From an uncultured Acidimicrobiia bacterium (GTDB taxonomy: Bacteria > Acidobacteriota > Vicinamibacteria > Vicinamibacterales > UBA2999), in the NCBI GenBank assembly GCA_963784445.1, contig CAWARO010000003.1, positions 669,276 through 733,275 on the forward strand: 64,000 nucleotides of DNA, in the 5' to 3' direction. Positions 20,054 to 29,343 of this stretch are shown here, piece after piece; the first letter of the stretch is position 1; every line of letters starts with the position of its first letter. The notes beneath the pieces are model-generated. The model saw only the letters and a program-made list of their open reading frames with translations. It made no database searches and was not told where the DNA came from. Position numbers and translations under genes: made by a program.

Positions 20054-21040
20054 ATGAGCTCTTCCGATCCCTCGCGCATCGTCGACGTGCTGTGCGCCTA
20101 TTGGCAAACCGCCACGCTGACGGCTGCGATCGATCTTGGCGTGTTCTCGGCGCTCGGAAGGGGCGCGCGGACCGCCGCCGAACTGGCAAGGGCCTGCGGG
20201 GTGCCTCGCGCGTCGCTGATTCGGCTCTGCGATGCGCTGGTGTCGCTCGGGCTGCTGCGGTCTGCTGGCGGCCGGTACCGGGCTGCCGCAGATGCCGCGC
20301 GTTTTCTCGATGCCCAATCACCAGAGTCGCTCGTGCCGATCCAGCGTTTCTTCAGCGCCCCTCCCGTGACGACGGCTTTTGCCGACTTGGCCGCGACCGT
20401 GCGTGGCGGACCGAAGGTCCGGACCCGGGTGTCCGGTCCCATCTGGCCGGCGTTTGCGGCCTCGACGCTCGCCCTGCGTCGTCGGGCGGCGAAGGAGGTC
20501 GCGGCGGCGCTAGCCGGCCGTGGGCTCAGTGGCGGCCGCGTCCTTGATGTTGGCGCCGGAGCATCGCCCCTCGGCATCGAGTTGCTTCGGCGATGGCGCA
20601 CCGCCACGCTGGTCGCGCGGGATCGCGCGGCGGTGGTGAGGGTGGCACGGCAACACGCGATCGCCGCCGGTGTCAGCTCACGGGTCACTACCGTCGCCGG
20701 TGACGTGATGACCGGGGACTGGGGTGGCCAATTCGATCTGATCCTGATGGTGAATGTCCTCGACTACTTCAACGGGCCCGCGCAAATGCGGCTGCTGCGC
20801 AAGGCGCGCGGGGCGCTGCGGCCGGGCGGGGCACTCGTCATCGCCGCTCCACTGCTCGATGCCGGCCGGCGGTCGCCGCCCGAGGCGGCGGCCTACGACT
20901 TGTTGTTGCTTGCGCTTGGCTCGCCCAGCCGACCTTCGACATGGCAGGAGAGGCGGCAACAGCTTCGACGCGCGGGATTTGGGGCCGTGACGCGAAACGT
21001 CGATGGAGCGATGGTGTTTGCGCGCACCCGCCTCCGCTAA
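20054..21040 (+). CDS. SAM-dependent O-methyltransferase (COMT/family-2 type with N-terminal dimerisation domain)
   Basis: 328 aa with SAM-binding LDVGAGASPLG. Overall layout matches small-molecule O-methyltransferases. Confidence 0.8.
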   Translation: MSSSDPSRIVDVLCAYWQTATLTAAIDLGVFSALGRGARTAAELARACGVPRASLIRLCDALVSLGLLRSAGGRYRAAADAARFLDAQSPESLVPIQRFFSAPPVTTAFADLAATVRGGPKVRTRVSGPIWPAFAASTLALRRRAAKEVAAALAGRGLSGGRVLDVGAGASPLGIELLRRWRTATLVARDRAAVVRVARQHAIAAGVSSRVTTVAGDVMTGDWGGQFDLILMVNVLDYFNGPAQMRLLRKARGALRPGGALVIAAPLLDAGRRSPPEAAAYDLLLLALGSPSRPSTWQERRQQLRRAGFGAVTRNVDGAMVFARTRLR

Positions 21041-21053
21041 ACCGAAGGCCGTG

Positions 21054-21641
21054 TCAGCGGCGACGCGCGCTCACTATTTTTCGCACCGCTCTCAGCACGG
21101 TCTCGAAATCCGGCATCCCACCGGTCGCCGTTCGTCCGGTCGAGACCACCGTACCCGCAACTGGCGGGATGACGTGATGGCCGTCACGAACGAGCGTGCG
21201 GACATTGCGCTGCACCGCGGCCCGCCGCCACATTCGATCGTTCATGTTCGGCACGAACACGACCGGACACTCCGCCGCCATGATCGAGGCCGACACGGCC
21301 TCGTCGGCGATGCCGTTGGCGACCTTGCCGATAATGTTGGCGGTGGCCGGCATCACGATCATCACGCCGGCGTTTTCCGAGATTTGGACGTGGCCGACGG
21401 GCAGCGGGGCGTCCTCATCGAGCAGTCCCGCCAGCACCGGCGTACCCGAGAGGGCGCGCATGGCGACCGGCGTCACAAACTGCGTTGCGCTCGGCGACAT
21501 CACGACGCGGACCTCGCGAACGTGTCCGCCGGCGCGGAGTTCAAGCACGAACTGGGCGGCCCACAACGCGCCGATCGACCCGGTGATGGCCATCACGGCG
21601 GTGTCGCACAGCTTGGGCAGCGCGGGGCGGCGGGGACTCAT
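21054..21641 (-). CDS. stand-alone HFCD-family flavoprotein (EpiD/LanD/CoaC-like cysteine decarboxylase)
   Basis: 195 aa with ITGSIGA, VMPATANIIGKVANGIADE and PNMNDRMW motifs. Confidence 0.8.
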   Translation of the reverse strand: MSPRRPALPKLCDTAVMAITGSIGALWAAQFVLELRAGGHVREVRVVMSPSATQFVTPVAMRALSGTPVLAGLLDEDAPLPVGHVQISENAGVMIVMPATANIIGKVANGIADEAVSASIMAAECPVVFVPNMNDRMWRRAAVQRNVRTLVRDGHHVIPPVAGTVVSTGRTATGGMPDFETVLRAVRKIVSARRR

Positions 21642-21694
21642 GAAGGAGGCGAGATGGTATCATCGCGCCTTCGGACCACCAACAGCATGCGGAG

Positions 21695-23994
21695 ATGATC
21701 GGCACTCGCATTGGGCAGTACCAGATTGAGTCGCAGCTCGGCGCCGGTGGCATGGGCGTGGTCTACCGCGCGTTCGACAGCCGCCTCGAGCGACCCGTGG
21801 CCATCAAGGTGTTTCCGGACCTGGCGGCCTCGCCAAAGGCGCGCTCGCGGCTCCTGCACGAAGCGCGCAGCGCGTCGGCACTGAATCACCCGAACGTCTG
21901 CACGGTTCACGAAGTCGGCGAGTCCGGCGACATCACGTATCTCGTCATGGAGTTTGTCGAGGGTCGTACGCTCACGGCGTCGATTCCGCCGGGCGGATTC
22001 CCCGCCGAGACCATCGCCGATTATGGGTCGCAGATCGCCGATGCGCTCGCACATGCCCACGCGCGCGGCGTCGTGCACCGCGATCTCAAGTGCGCCAACG
22101 TGGTCGTGACGCCGGAGGGCCGGCTCAAGGTGCTCGACTTCGGCCTCGCCCAGCGGCAGGCCCAGGTGGACGCGACGGAGACGGCCTTTCACCAGGACGA
22201 TTCACTCTTCGCACCCGGCCGCATCTCGGGCACGGTTGCGTATATGGCGCCGGAAGCACTGAGCGGTGCGATGGTCGACGGGCGCGCCGACATCTGGGCA
22301 CTCGGCGTGATGCTGTACGAAATGGCATCTGCCCGCCGGCCGTTCACAGGGCAGACCAACTTCGAAGTGAGCGGACAAATCCTGCATGAGGCGCCACCAC
22401 CCCTGCCCGAGCGGGTGCCTCCCGGCTTGAGCGCGGTGGTCATGCACTGCCTGACGAAGGATCCCGGCCGCCGTTATCAGGACGCCCGCGAAGTGCGAGC
22501 CGCGCTCCACGCGCTCGGGTCGGGCACACCGGCACTGTCCGCGCGGACAGCGGCCGTTCTCGAGACCACAGGAAAGAAATCGATCCTCGTGTTGCCGTTC
22601 ACCAATCTTTCGGCCGATCCGGAAAGCGACTACTTCGCCGATGGCCTGACCGAGGAGATCATCTCCGACCTCTCGGGCGTGCGCCAGCTGCGGGTGATCT
22701 CGAGCACGTCGAGCATGCAGTTCAAGGGCACCAAGTTGACGGTGGCGGTATTGGCCCAGCAGCTGAGAGTGGAGCACGTGCTCGAGGGCAGTGTGCGACG
22801 CATCGGTGACGCCTTGCGGATTAACGCCAAGCTGATCGAGGCCGCGTCCGATTCGCCGGTATGGGCGAACAAGTACAGTGGCACGCTGGCCGATGTGTTC
22901 GCGATCCAGGAAACCCTGTCGAAGTCGATCGTCGACGCGCTGCGACTGGTCCTGACCGCGGAGGAAGAACGGAAGCTCAAAGTCCATGAGATCGCCGACG
23001 TGCGTGCCTTCGAGTGGGTACTTGCGAGCCAAGCAGGAAATGCTGCGGTTCACCAAGGACAGTCTCGATCGTGCGATTGAGTGCCTGGGGCAGTGCGAGG
23101 CCATTACGGGCGAGAACCCGCTGGTCCTGGCGTTGAAGGGCGAAGCCTACTGGCAGTACGTGAACTCGGGCGTCAGCGGTGATCCGTCGTATCTCGACAA
23201 GGCCGAAGCGTGCGTCCGCCGCGTGCTCGAGATCGACCCGCAGTCGCCGCATGGTCACCGCGTGGCCGGCCTCGTGCGGGTGCATCGTGGCGATATCCAG
23301 GGCGCGCTCGGCGAACTGAAGGTCGCGCTCGATCTGGCCCCCAACGATCCGGACTGCCTGTTATGGGGCTGCCTCCTGGGCGGTCTCAGCGGCAAGATGA
23401 CGCTTGCCGAAGCGTGGGCGGCCCGGCTGGTCGAAGTCGATCCGGTGACGCCGTTCTATCAGTTGATGCCCGGCACGATGGCCTGGATGCGAGGGGACTA
23501 TGAGCGCGCGTGGGCACTCTGGTCGGCACGCCACGCCGGCATTATGGAGAATCCCCTGATGCGGCTGTGCTACGGCCATGTCGCCGTCATCACGGGACGT
23601 GCGAGAGAAGGCGCTCGCATCCTCGAGGAGCTGGCGCAGGCGGTGCCCGACAATCCATTCGGCCAGCTGGCCGCCATCTATCAGCGTGCGCTGGCCGGCG
23701 ATCGGGAGCAGGTGCTGGCGCGGCTGACGCCGGAACTGGTCGGCGCGCTCGAAGGCGACCCGCAGGTACTGCTGGTTCCTCGGTCAGTGTCACGCCTTGG
23801 TTGGCGACATCGACTCCGGCCTGCGCTGGATCGACGCGGCGATCGCGCGCGGATTCATCAATCACGATCTGCTCGCGCACAAAGATCCGTTCCTGGCCAA
23901 CCTGCGGGCCGATCCTCGCTTCGGCCCCTTGATTGAACAGGCGCGGCAGCGATCCGACGCGCTCGAGATCGGATCCGGGCCGCTTTCTGCTTGA
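21695..23994 (+). CDS. Ser/Thr protein kinase fused to a TPR domain; frame interrupted at ~23018 and ~23766
   Basis: Kinase motifs GAGGMGVVY, HRDLKCANV, DFGLA. The TPR part continues in the frames of track ORFs 22986..23936 and 23797..23994. Confidence 0.8.
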
Positions 23995-24112
23995 CTTCAC
24001 GCAATCGTCGCCGCCACGATTGGCCGCGCTCGCGATTTCAGTCTGCGTCCCTCATCACGTCATGAGTCGTTCGCAGTCCGGCATGAGGCCGGCGGCGCCC
24101 CCCGGAGGAAAC

Positions 24113-24184
24113 ATGGCTAAGAAAGCAAAGAAGACTGCGAAGAAGAAGGCGCCCAAGAAGAAGGGCAAGACCGGCTTCTGCTAA
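24113..24184 (+). CDS. candidate small ORF, 23 aa, Lys-rich, C-terminal Cys (MAKKAKKTAKKKAPKKKGKTGFC)
   Basis: GGAGG lies 4 nt upstream of the ATG. Codon choice is AAG-dominated, as expected in this GC-rich genome. A hairpin follows. No known family recognised. Confidence 0.35.
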   Translation: MAKKAKKTAKKKAPKKKGKTGFC

Positions 24185-24192
24185 GAAGCCAG

Positions 24193-24224
24193 GCGACGGG
24201 CGGGCCGCAACGTCCGCTCGTCGC
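24193..24224. terminator. hairpin between the small ORF and the convergent TetR gene
   Basis: GCGACGGGCGG, a 10-nt loop, then CCGCTCGTCGC. This is an 11-bp stem with one mismatch. Confidence 0.45.
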
Positions 24225-24226
24225 GC

Positions 24227-24817
24227 TTACTCGCGCGACTTACATAAACCGCCGACCAGGTAATCAGCGAAGGCGTCACCGATCTGGTCTGAGGTCGCGG
24301 GCCCCTCGGGCACAAACCACTTCGCGATCCAGTTCACCGCGCCCATCATCGCAAACTCGATCATCTTCGGATCGCCAGGCCTGAACTGGCCCTGGTCGAT
24401 GCCCTGCTGGATGATCGCGCGGATGCCGTGGTCGAACTGATCGCGTTTGCTGATTACCCGTTTCAGGAGCGGCGGCGAGAGCGCCTCCGGATCGAGCGTC
24501 AGCGCGGTGCCGTGCAGGTCGTCGAGGATGATGTGCACGAACGCGAGCACCAGCTTGCGCAGCTTCGCTTCCGGCGAAATGGTCTCCGCCTGCACGTCGG
24601 CCATCAGCGTGAGCAGCTTGTCGAGCGAATACTCGTGGCAGGCGAAGAGAATCTCTTCCTTGTTCTTGAAGTAGTAGTAGAGGTTGCCCTTCGTCATTTC
24701 CAGGGCCGAGGCAATTTCGTCGACGCTCGCGCCATGGTAGCCGCGCCGCCGGAAGGCAGCTGCCGCGCTCTTCAGGATCTCGATCCGTCGATCGGAGGTC
24801 GAAGCTGTACGGTTCAT
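24227..24817 (-). CDS. TetR/AcrR family transcriptional regulator
   Basis: 196 aa. HTH region FRRRGYHGASVDEIASALEMTKGNLYYYFKNKEEI. Confidence 0.9.
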   Translation of the reverse strand: MNRTASTSDRRIEILKSAAAAFRRRGYHGASVDEIASALEMTKGNLYYYFKNKEEILFACHEYSLDKLLTLMADVQAETISPEAKLRKLVLAFVHIILDDLHGTALTLDPEALSPPLLKRVISKRDQFDHGIRAIIQQGIDQGQFRPGDPKMIEFAMMGAVNWIAKWFVPEGPATSDQIGDAFADYLVGGLCKSRE

Positions 24818-24887
24818 AGGGGGCCGAATGTCAGCTCCTTATACCATGGATTTGAACGAGCGTTTAAATCCGTAGTAAACTTTGCCC

Positions 24888-26547
24888 GTGGAACAAACCG
24901 CCGCTCTGCCGTCGGTCACTTTCGAAATCTCTCCCGACCAGGTACAAACACTGGAAACTTAGCATCGACGGTCACCTTGCCACGCTCGCCATGGACGTGC
25001 GAGAAGACGCCGGCCTGCGCCCGCACGATTACAAGTTGAAGCTGAATTCGTACGATCTCGGCGTCGACATCGAGCTCGCCGACATCCTGCAGCGGCTGCG
25101 CTTCGAGCATCCTGAAGTTCACGCGGTGGTACTGACCAGCCTGAAGCCGCGCATCTTCTGCGCCGGCGCCAACATCTTCATGCTCGGCAGCTCCAGCCAC
25201 GGCTTCAAGGTGAACTTCTGCAAGTTCACCAACGAGACGCGCATCGGCATGGAAGACATGAGCGCGAATAGCGGCGTCAAATTCCTCGCGGCAGTGAACG
25301 GCATCTGCGCCGGCGGCGGCTATGAGCTCGCGCTGGCGTGCGACGAAATCGTGCTCGTCGACGATGGCAGCGCGTCGGTGGGATTGCCGGAAACGCCGCT
25401 CCTCGGCGTGTTGCCCGGCACCGGCGGACTCACGCGCGTGGTCGACAAGCGCAAGGTGCGCCGCGATCTCGCCGACGACTTCAGCACGCTCACCGAAGGC
25501 GTGCGCGGGAAGCGCGCCGTCGAAGGCCGCTTTGTGGACGCGACCTACCCGACCAGCAAATTCCAGGAGTCGGTGTCGAAGCACGCGCAGAATCTCGCCG
25601 CGAAATCGGATCGCCCGAAGAGCGGACCGGGGATCACGCTTGGGCCGCTATCCCCAGCGATCGATGGCGACACCATTCAATACCAGTACATCAAAGGCCG
25701 GATCGATCGCGCGAAGCGCACCTGCGACCTCACCATCTCGGCGCCGGATTCGCCGCAGCCGGCTACCGCCGACGAATTCATCGCCGCCGGCGATCAGGCG
25801 TGGGCGCTCCGCGCGTTCCGCGAACTCGACGATTGCTTGCTGCGGTTGCGGTTGAACGAACCGGAGATCGGCACCGTGATCGTCCGCGCCGTCGGCGATC
25901 CGCAAGCGGTGCTCGACGTCGATGCCGCGCTGGATGCCAACCGCGGGCACTGGCTGGTGCGCGAAATCATCGGCATGATTCGTCGCACCTTGAAGCGGAT
26001 GGACCTCACCGCGCGCAGCTTCTTCGCGCTGGTCGAGCCCGGCAACGCGTTTGCCGGCACGCTGTTCGAGCTGGTGCTGGCCGCCGACCGGACCTACATG
26101 ATCGATCACCCCGATGACGACAACACCATTCAGCTGAGCGTGATGAATGGCGGCGCCTATCCGATGAGCAACGGATTGTCGCGATTGCAGGTGCGGTTCC
26201 TCGGTGAGCCGGATTCGGTCGAGCGGGCCCTCGGTCACGACGGCCCATTCGATGCGCAAGCAGCGCTCGCAGCCGGCCTGGTGTTCTCGGCGCCCGACGA
26301 CATCGATTGGGATGATGAAGTGCGCATGGCCATTGAAGCGCGCGCGGCGTTTTCACCGGATGCGTTGACCGGCATGGAAGCGAACCTGCGCTTCGCCGGC
26401 CCCGAAACCATGGAAACGAAGATCTTCGGCCGCCTCACGGCCTGGCAGAACTGGATCTTCCAGCGTCCCAACGCGGTTGGTGAAAAGGGCGCGTTGATGA
26501 CGTACGGCCGCGAGGGGCGTCCGCATTTCGACTTCAAGAGGACGTAG
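24888..26547 (+). CDS. boxC: benzoyl-CoA-dihydrodiol lyase (crotonase-family BoxC); frame interrupted at ~24942
   Basis: A GTG-started 18 codons (VEQTAALPSVTFEISPDQ) are followed, in the +1 frame, by YKHWKLSIDG...KLKLNSYDLGVDIEL and the CAGANIF crotonase motif. Adjacent to boxB. Confidence 0.8.
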
Positions 26548-26549
26548 CG

Positions 26550-27978
26550 ATGATCTCCGCCGACAAGATTCCCAACAACGTTGGTCTCGCGGGCAACAAA
26601 CGCTTGCTTCGCGCGCTGGAACATTGGCAGCCGGCGTACCTCGATTGGTGGCGCGAGATGGGCCCGCCGGGGTTCCAGGACAGTCACCAGGTGTACCTGC
26701 GCACCGCGGTCAGCGTCGACGCCGCCGGATGGGCGCATTTCGACTACGTCAAGCTTCCTGAGTACCGATGGGGCATCTTCCTCGCCGAGCCGACGCACGA
26801 TCGGCGGATCGGCTTTGGCGACTTCATGGGCCAGCCGGTGTGGCAGGAAGTGCCGGGTGAGTTTCGCAACCAGCTGCGGCGGCTGATCGTGATCCAGGGC
26901 GACACCGAGCCCGCGAGCGTCGAGCAGCAGCGCTCGCTCGGCGCGCACTGTCCGAGCCTCTACGATCTGCGCAACCTGTTCCAGGTCAACGTCGAGGAAG
27001 GCCGCCACCTGTGGGCGATGGTCTACCTGCTGCACTCGGTACTTCGGCCGCGATGGGCGAGACGAGGCCGAAGCGCTGCTCGAGCGCCGCAGCGGCAATG
27101 ACGACACGCCGCGCATGCTCGAAGCGTTCAACGAGCCGATCGACACGTGGCTCGACTTTTTCGCGTTCACGATGTTCACCGACCGCGACGGCAAGTCGCA
27201 GCTGTTGTCGTTGTCCGAGAGCTCGCTCGATCCGCTGGCCCGCACCACGCGGTTCATGCTCACCGAAGAAGCGCACCACATGTTCGTGGGTGAGAGCGGC
27301 ATGGGCCGCATCCTCGAGCGCACCTGTCAGCTGCTGCGCGAGTCGGGCTTCTCCGGCGACGTGCGCAAGATGGGCGGCATCGACCTGCCGTTGGTCCAGA
27401 AGTTCATCAACTTCTGGTTCAGCCAGAGCCTCGACCTGCACGGCAGCGAGGTGTCGAGCAACGCCGCCACCTATTTCGCCAACGGCCTCAAGGGCCGCGC
27501 CGAAGAAGACAAGTTCGAGGACGACCACGTGTTGGCCGCGAACCTGTACATGCTGGACATGCTCGACGACAGCGGCCGCATCATCCGCCAGGAAGTGCCG
27601 ATGCGCAACGCCCTTAACGAGGTACTGCGTGATTGGTACGTCGGCGACTGCCAGGCCGGCGTCGACCGCTGGAATAAGCGCGTGCTCGAGGAGCACGGTA
27701 TGTCGGAGCGGATCGTGCTGCCGTCGCGCAAGTTCAACCGCAAGGTCGGCGTCTACGCCGGACGGCATTTCGACCCGTTCGGCAACCAGCTGACCCCGGA
27801 AGAGTGGGAGCGCAAGAAGTACGAGTGGCTGCCATCGCCGGAGGACAAGAAGTACCTGCACAGCATCCAGGTGACGCCGGTCTACAAGCCGGGGCAGTTC
27901 GCGAATTACATCGCGCCGCCGCAGCGAGGCATCAACCGGATGCCGATCGATTTTGAATACGTGCGGACCGAGGCGTGA
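26550..27978 (+). CDS. boxB: benzoyl-CoA 2,3-epoxidase subunit B (di-iron BoxB); frame interrupted at ~27039
   Basis: Track ORFs 26550..27101 and 27115..27978 join as ...[35 protein letters not shown]... Carries di-iron motifs EEGRHLW and EEAHHMF. Confidence 0.88.
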
Positions 27979-27986
27979 TTAAAGCT

Positions 27987-28012
27987 GGCGGGCGCGACTA
28001 AAGTCCCGCCCC
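27987..28012. terminator. GC-rich hairpin, inverted copy of the 13122 motif
   Basis: The reverse complement reads GGGCGGGACTTTAGTCGCGCCCGCC. Lies between convergent boxB and the cupredoxin-like gene. Confidence 0.45.
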
Positions 28013-28019
28013 TACGACC

Positions 28020-28433
28020 TCACTGAATAACGATCCGGCCCTGCAGGCCGGTATTCTCCGGCAGATTGTGATCGTGGAAGCCGCACGTCCGCACGGTATT
28101 GAGATTGCCGGTCGTGCGCTGCTGGCCCGACGTCAGGAAGCCCACCTGGTTGATCTCCACGCACTGCGTGTGCTCGGGATGGGGATCGGACGACATGTCG
28201 TGCGCCTGGTTGTGATTGTTGATGAACGTGACGCGGCCGCCCGGCGCGATCGTGACGCTCGCCGGGCTGACGCGCCCGTCGGTGCCGATGGTAATCGTCG
28301 CCGTGGTCGGATTGCCGCCTGAGGGCGGCGTCGTTGGCGTAGTGGGCGTCGTCGGTGTCGAACCGCCGCCACCGCATGCCATTGCAGCGGCAACGAAGAC
28401 TGCAGCAGCAAGTGCAATCGAGATTCTCTTCAT
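28020..28433 (-). CDS. lipoprotein with cupredoxin-like domain
   Basis: 137 aa. Lipobox-like AAAMAC, a TPTTPTTPTTP linker, and a His/Cys-rich C-terminal domain (HDMSSDPHPEHTQC...TCGFHDHN). Confidence 0.6.
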   Translation of the reverse strand: MKRISIALAAAVFVAAAMACGGGGSTPTTPTTPTTPPSGGNPTTATITIGTDGRVSPASVTIAPGGRVTFINNHNQAHDMSSDPHPEHTQCVEINQVGFLTSGQQRTTGNLNTVRTCGFHDHNLPENTGLQGRIVIQ

Positions 28434-28468
28434 GTTTTTAATTCTTAATCCTAATTTCTAATTAGAAA
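28434..28468. repeat. AT-rich heptamer array ending in a perfect 14-bp palindrome
   Basis: TTAATTC TTAATCC TAATTTC TAATTAG. TTTCTAATTAGAAA (28455-28468) is self-complementary and overlaps the stop of the upstream gene. Confidence 0.55.
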
Positions 28469-29343
28469 AACTTCCTGATCAGGTTGAATCCCAGGTACCA
28501 ATCCTCGTTGGCCGTGCCGCCGCGCGCGACCTGCGCCAGCGTGGTGGCGAAGCCGTTCGAGAAATTGAGCTGGAAGAGATGGCCGCCGTAGCGCTGCTCG
28601 AAGCCGAAGCTGATCAGCCCGACGCCGGAGTCGAAGCCCGCCACCCGCGGTGACCCTTCGACGAACAGGTACGAGTTGCGCGCGAATCGCACACGCGCGC
28701 CGAGACCCGCCAACACTGTGTAGTCGTCATCGGTGTCGTTGATCAAGTTCGAGTTGCCGACGTACGACGGCTGGAAGTAAATCGCGCCGCGATCGCCCAG
28801 CTCGCGCGACAGCACCACAGCGAAGCCCGGCGAGAACTCTTCGCTGAAGTTTTCGGTGCCATCGACGTTGGCCACCAGGCCGACGCCAATCGGGCCGTTG
28901 CCGTCCTTCATCAGGTTGTACCGCCCCTGCAACTGGATGGTCCGATCGGAAGTGCGATAGATCCCGACATCAAGACCGCGGGCCAGGCCGTATTTCAGAT
29001 CGAGGCCGATCTGCGCACCGCCATCAAGGCCGAACAGCCGCGATGCGAGATCGCCGAAGTCGCCCTCGCCCATCGTCCGCAGGAAGCGGTGCGTCAAGCG
29101 AAAATTCCACTTGCCTTTCGGCAACCGAAGATTGGTGTTCAGCGTGGCGACGTAGAAGTCGGGCTGCGCATCGTTCGGATCGCGATCCGGATCATCGTCC
29201 TGGACGGCCGGCGGCGTGGCCGACGCCGCCGGCGTCGAGGCCTCCTGCGCCGCCACAGGCAGGGCCATCGCCGCCACAATCAGCAGCGCGAACAACAGAC
29301 GGAACGAACTGGTCATGATTCTCCTAACGGGGATCCTTCGCAA
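28462..29343 (-). CDS. secreted beta-barrel protein (DUF5777-like)
   Basis: 293 aa. Signal peptide, alternating beta-strand pattern, C-terminal ...LGFNLIRKFF. The family assignment is from memory only. Confidence 0.55.
   Translation of the reverse strand: MRRIPVRRIMTSSFRLLFALLIVAAMALPVAAQEASTPAASATPPAVQDDDPDRDPNDAQPDFYVATLNTNLRLPKGKWNFRLTHRFLRTMGEGDFGDLASRLFGLDGGAQIGLDLKYGLARGLDVGIYRTSDRTIQLQGRYNLMKDGNGPIGVGLVANVDGTENFSEEFSPGFAVVLSRELGDRGAIYFQPSYVGNSNLINDTDDDYTVLAGLGARVRFARNSYLFVEGSPRVAGFDSGVGLISFGFEQRYGGHLFQLNFSNGFATTLAQVARGGTANEDWYLGFNLIRKFF

Noticed and set aside
19983-20321. N-terminal 113-codon extension of the 799-aa track ORF (peptidase/hydrolase gene)
   Set aside because: Arg-rich nonsense that overlaps the divergently transcribed methyltransferase gene. 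The conserved sequence starts at the internal ATG (19982).
23933-24112. Upstream part of the 83-aa track ORF containing the Lys-rich mini-ORF
   Set aside because: It overlaps the kinase-TPR 3' end and has no ribosome-binding site and implausible composition. Only the last 23 codons have a Shine-Dalgarno.
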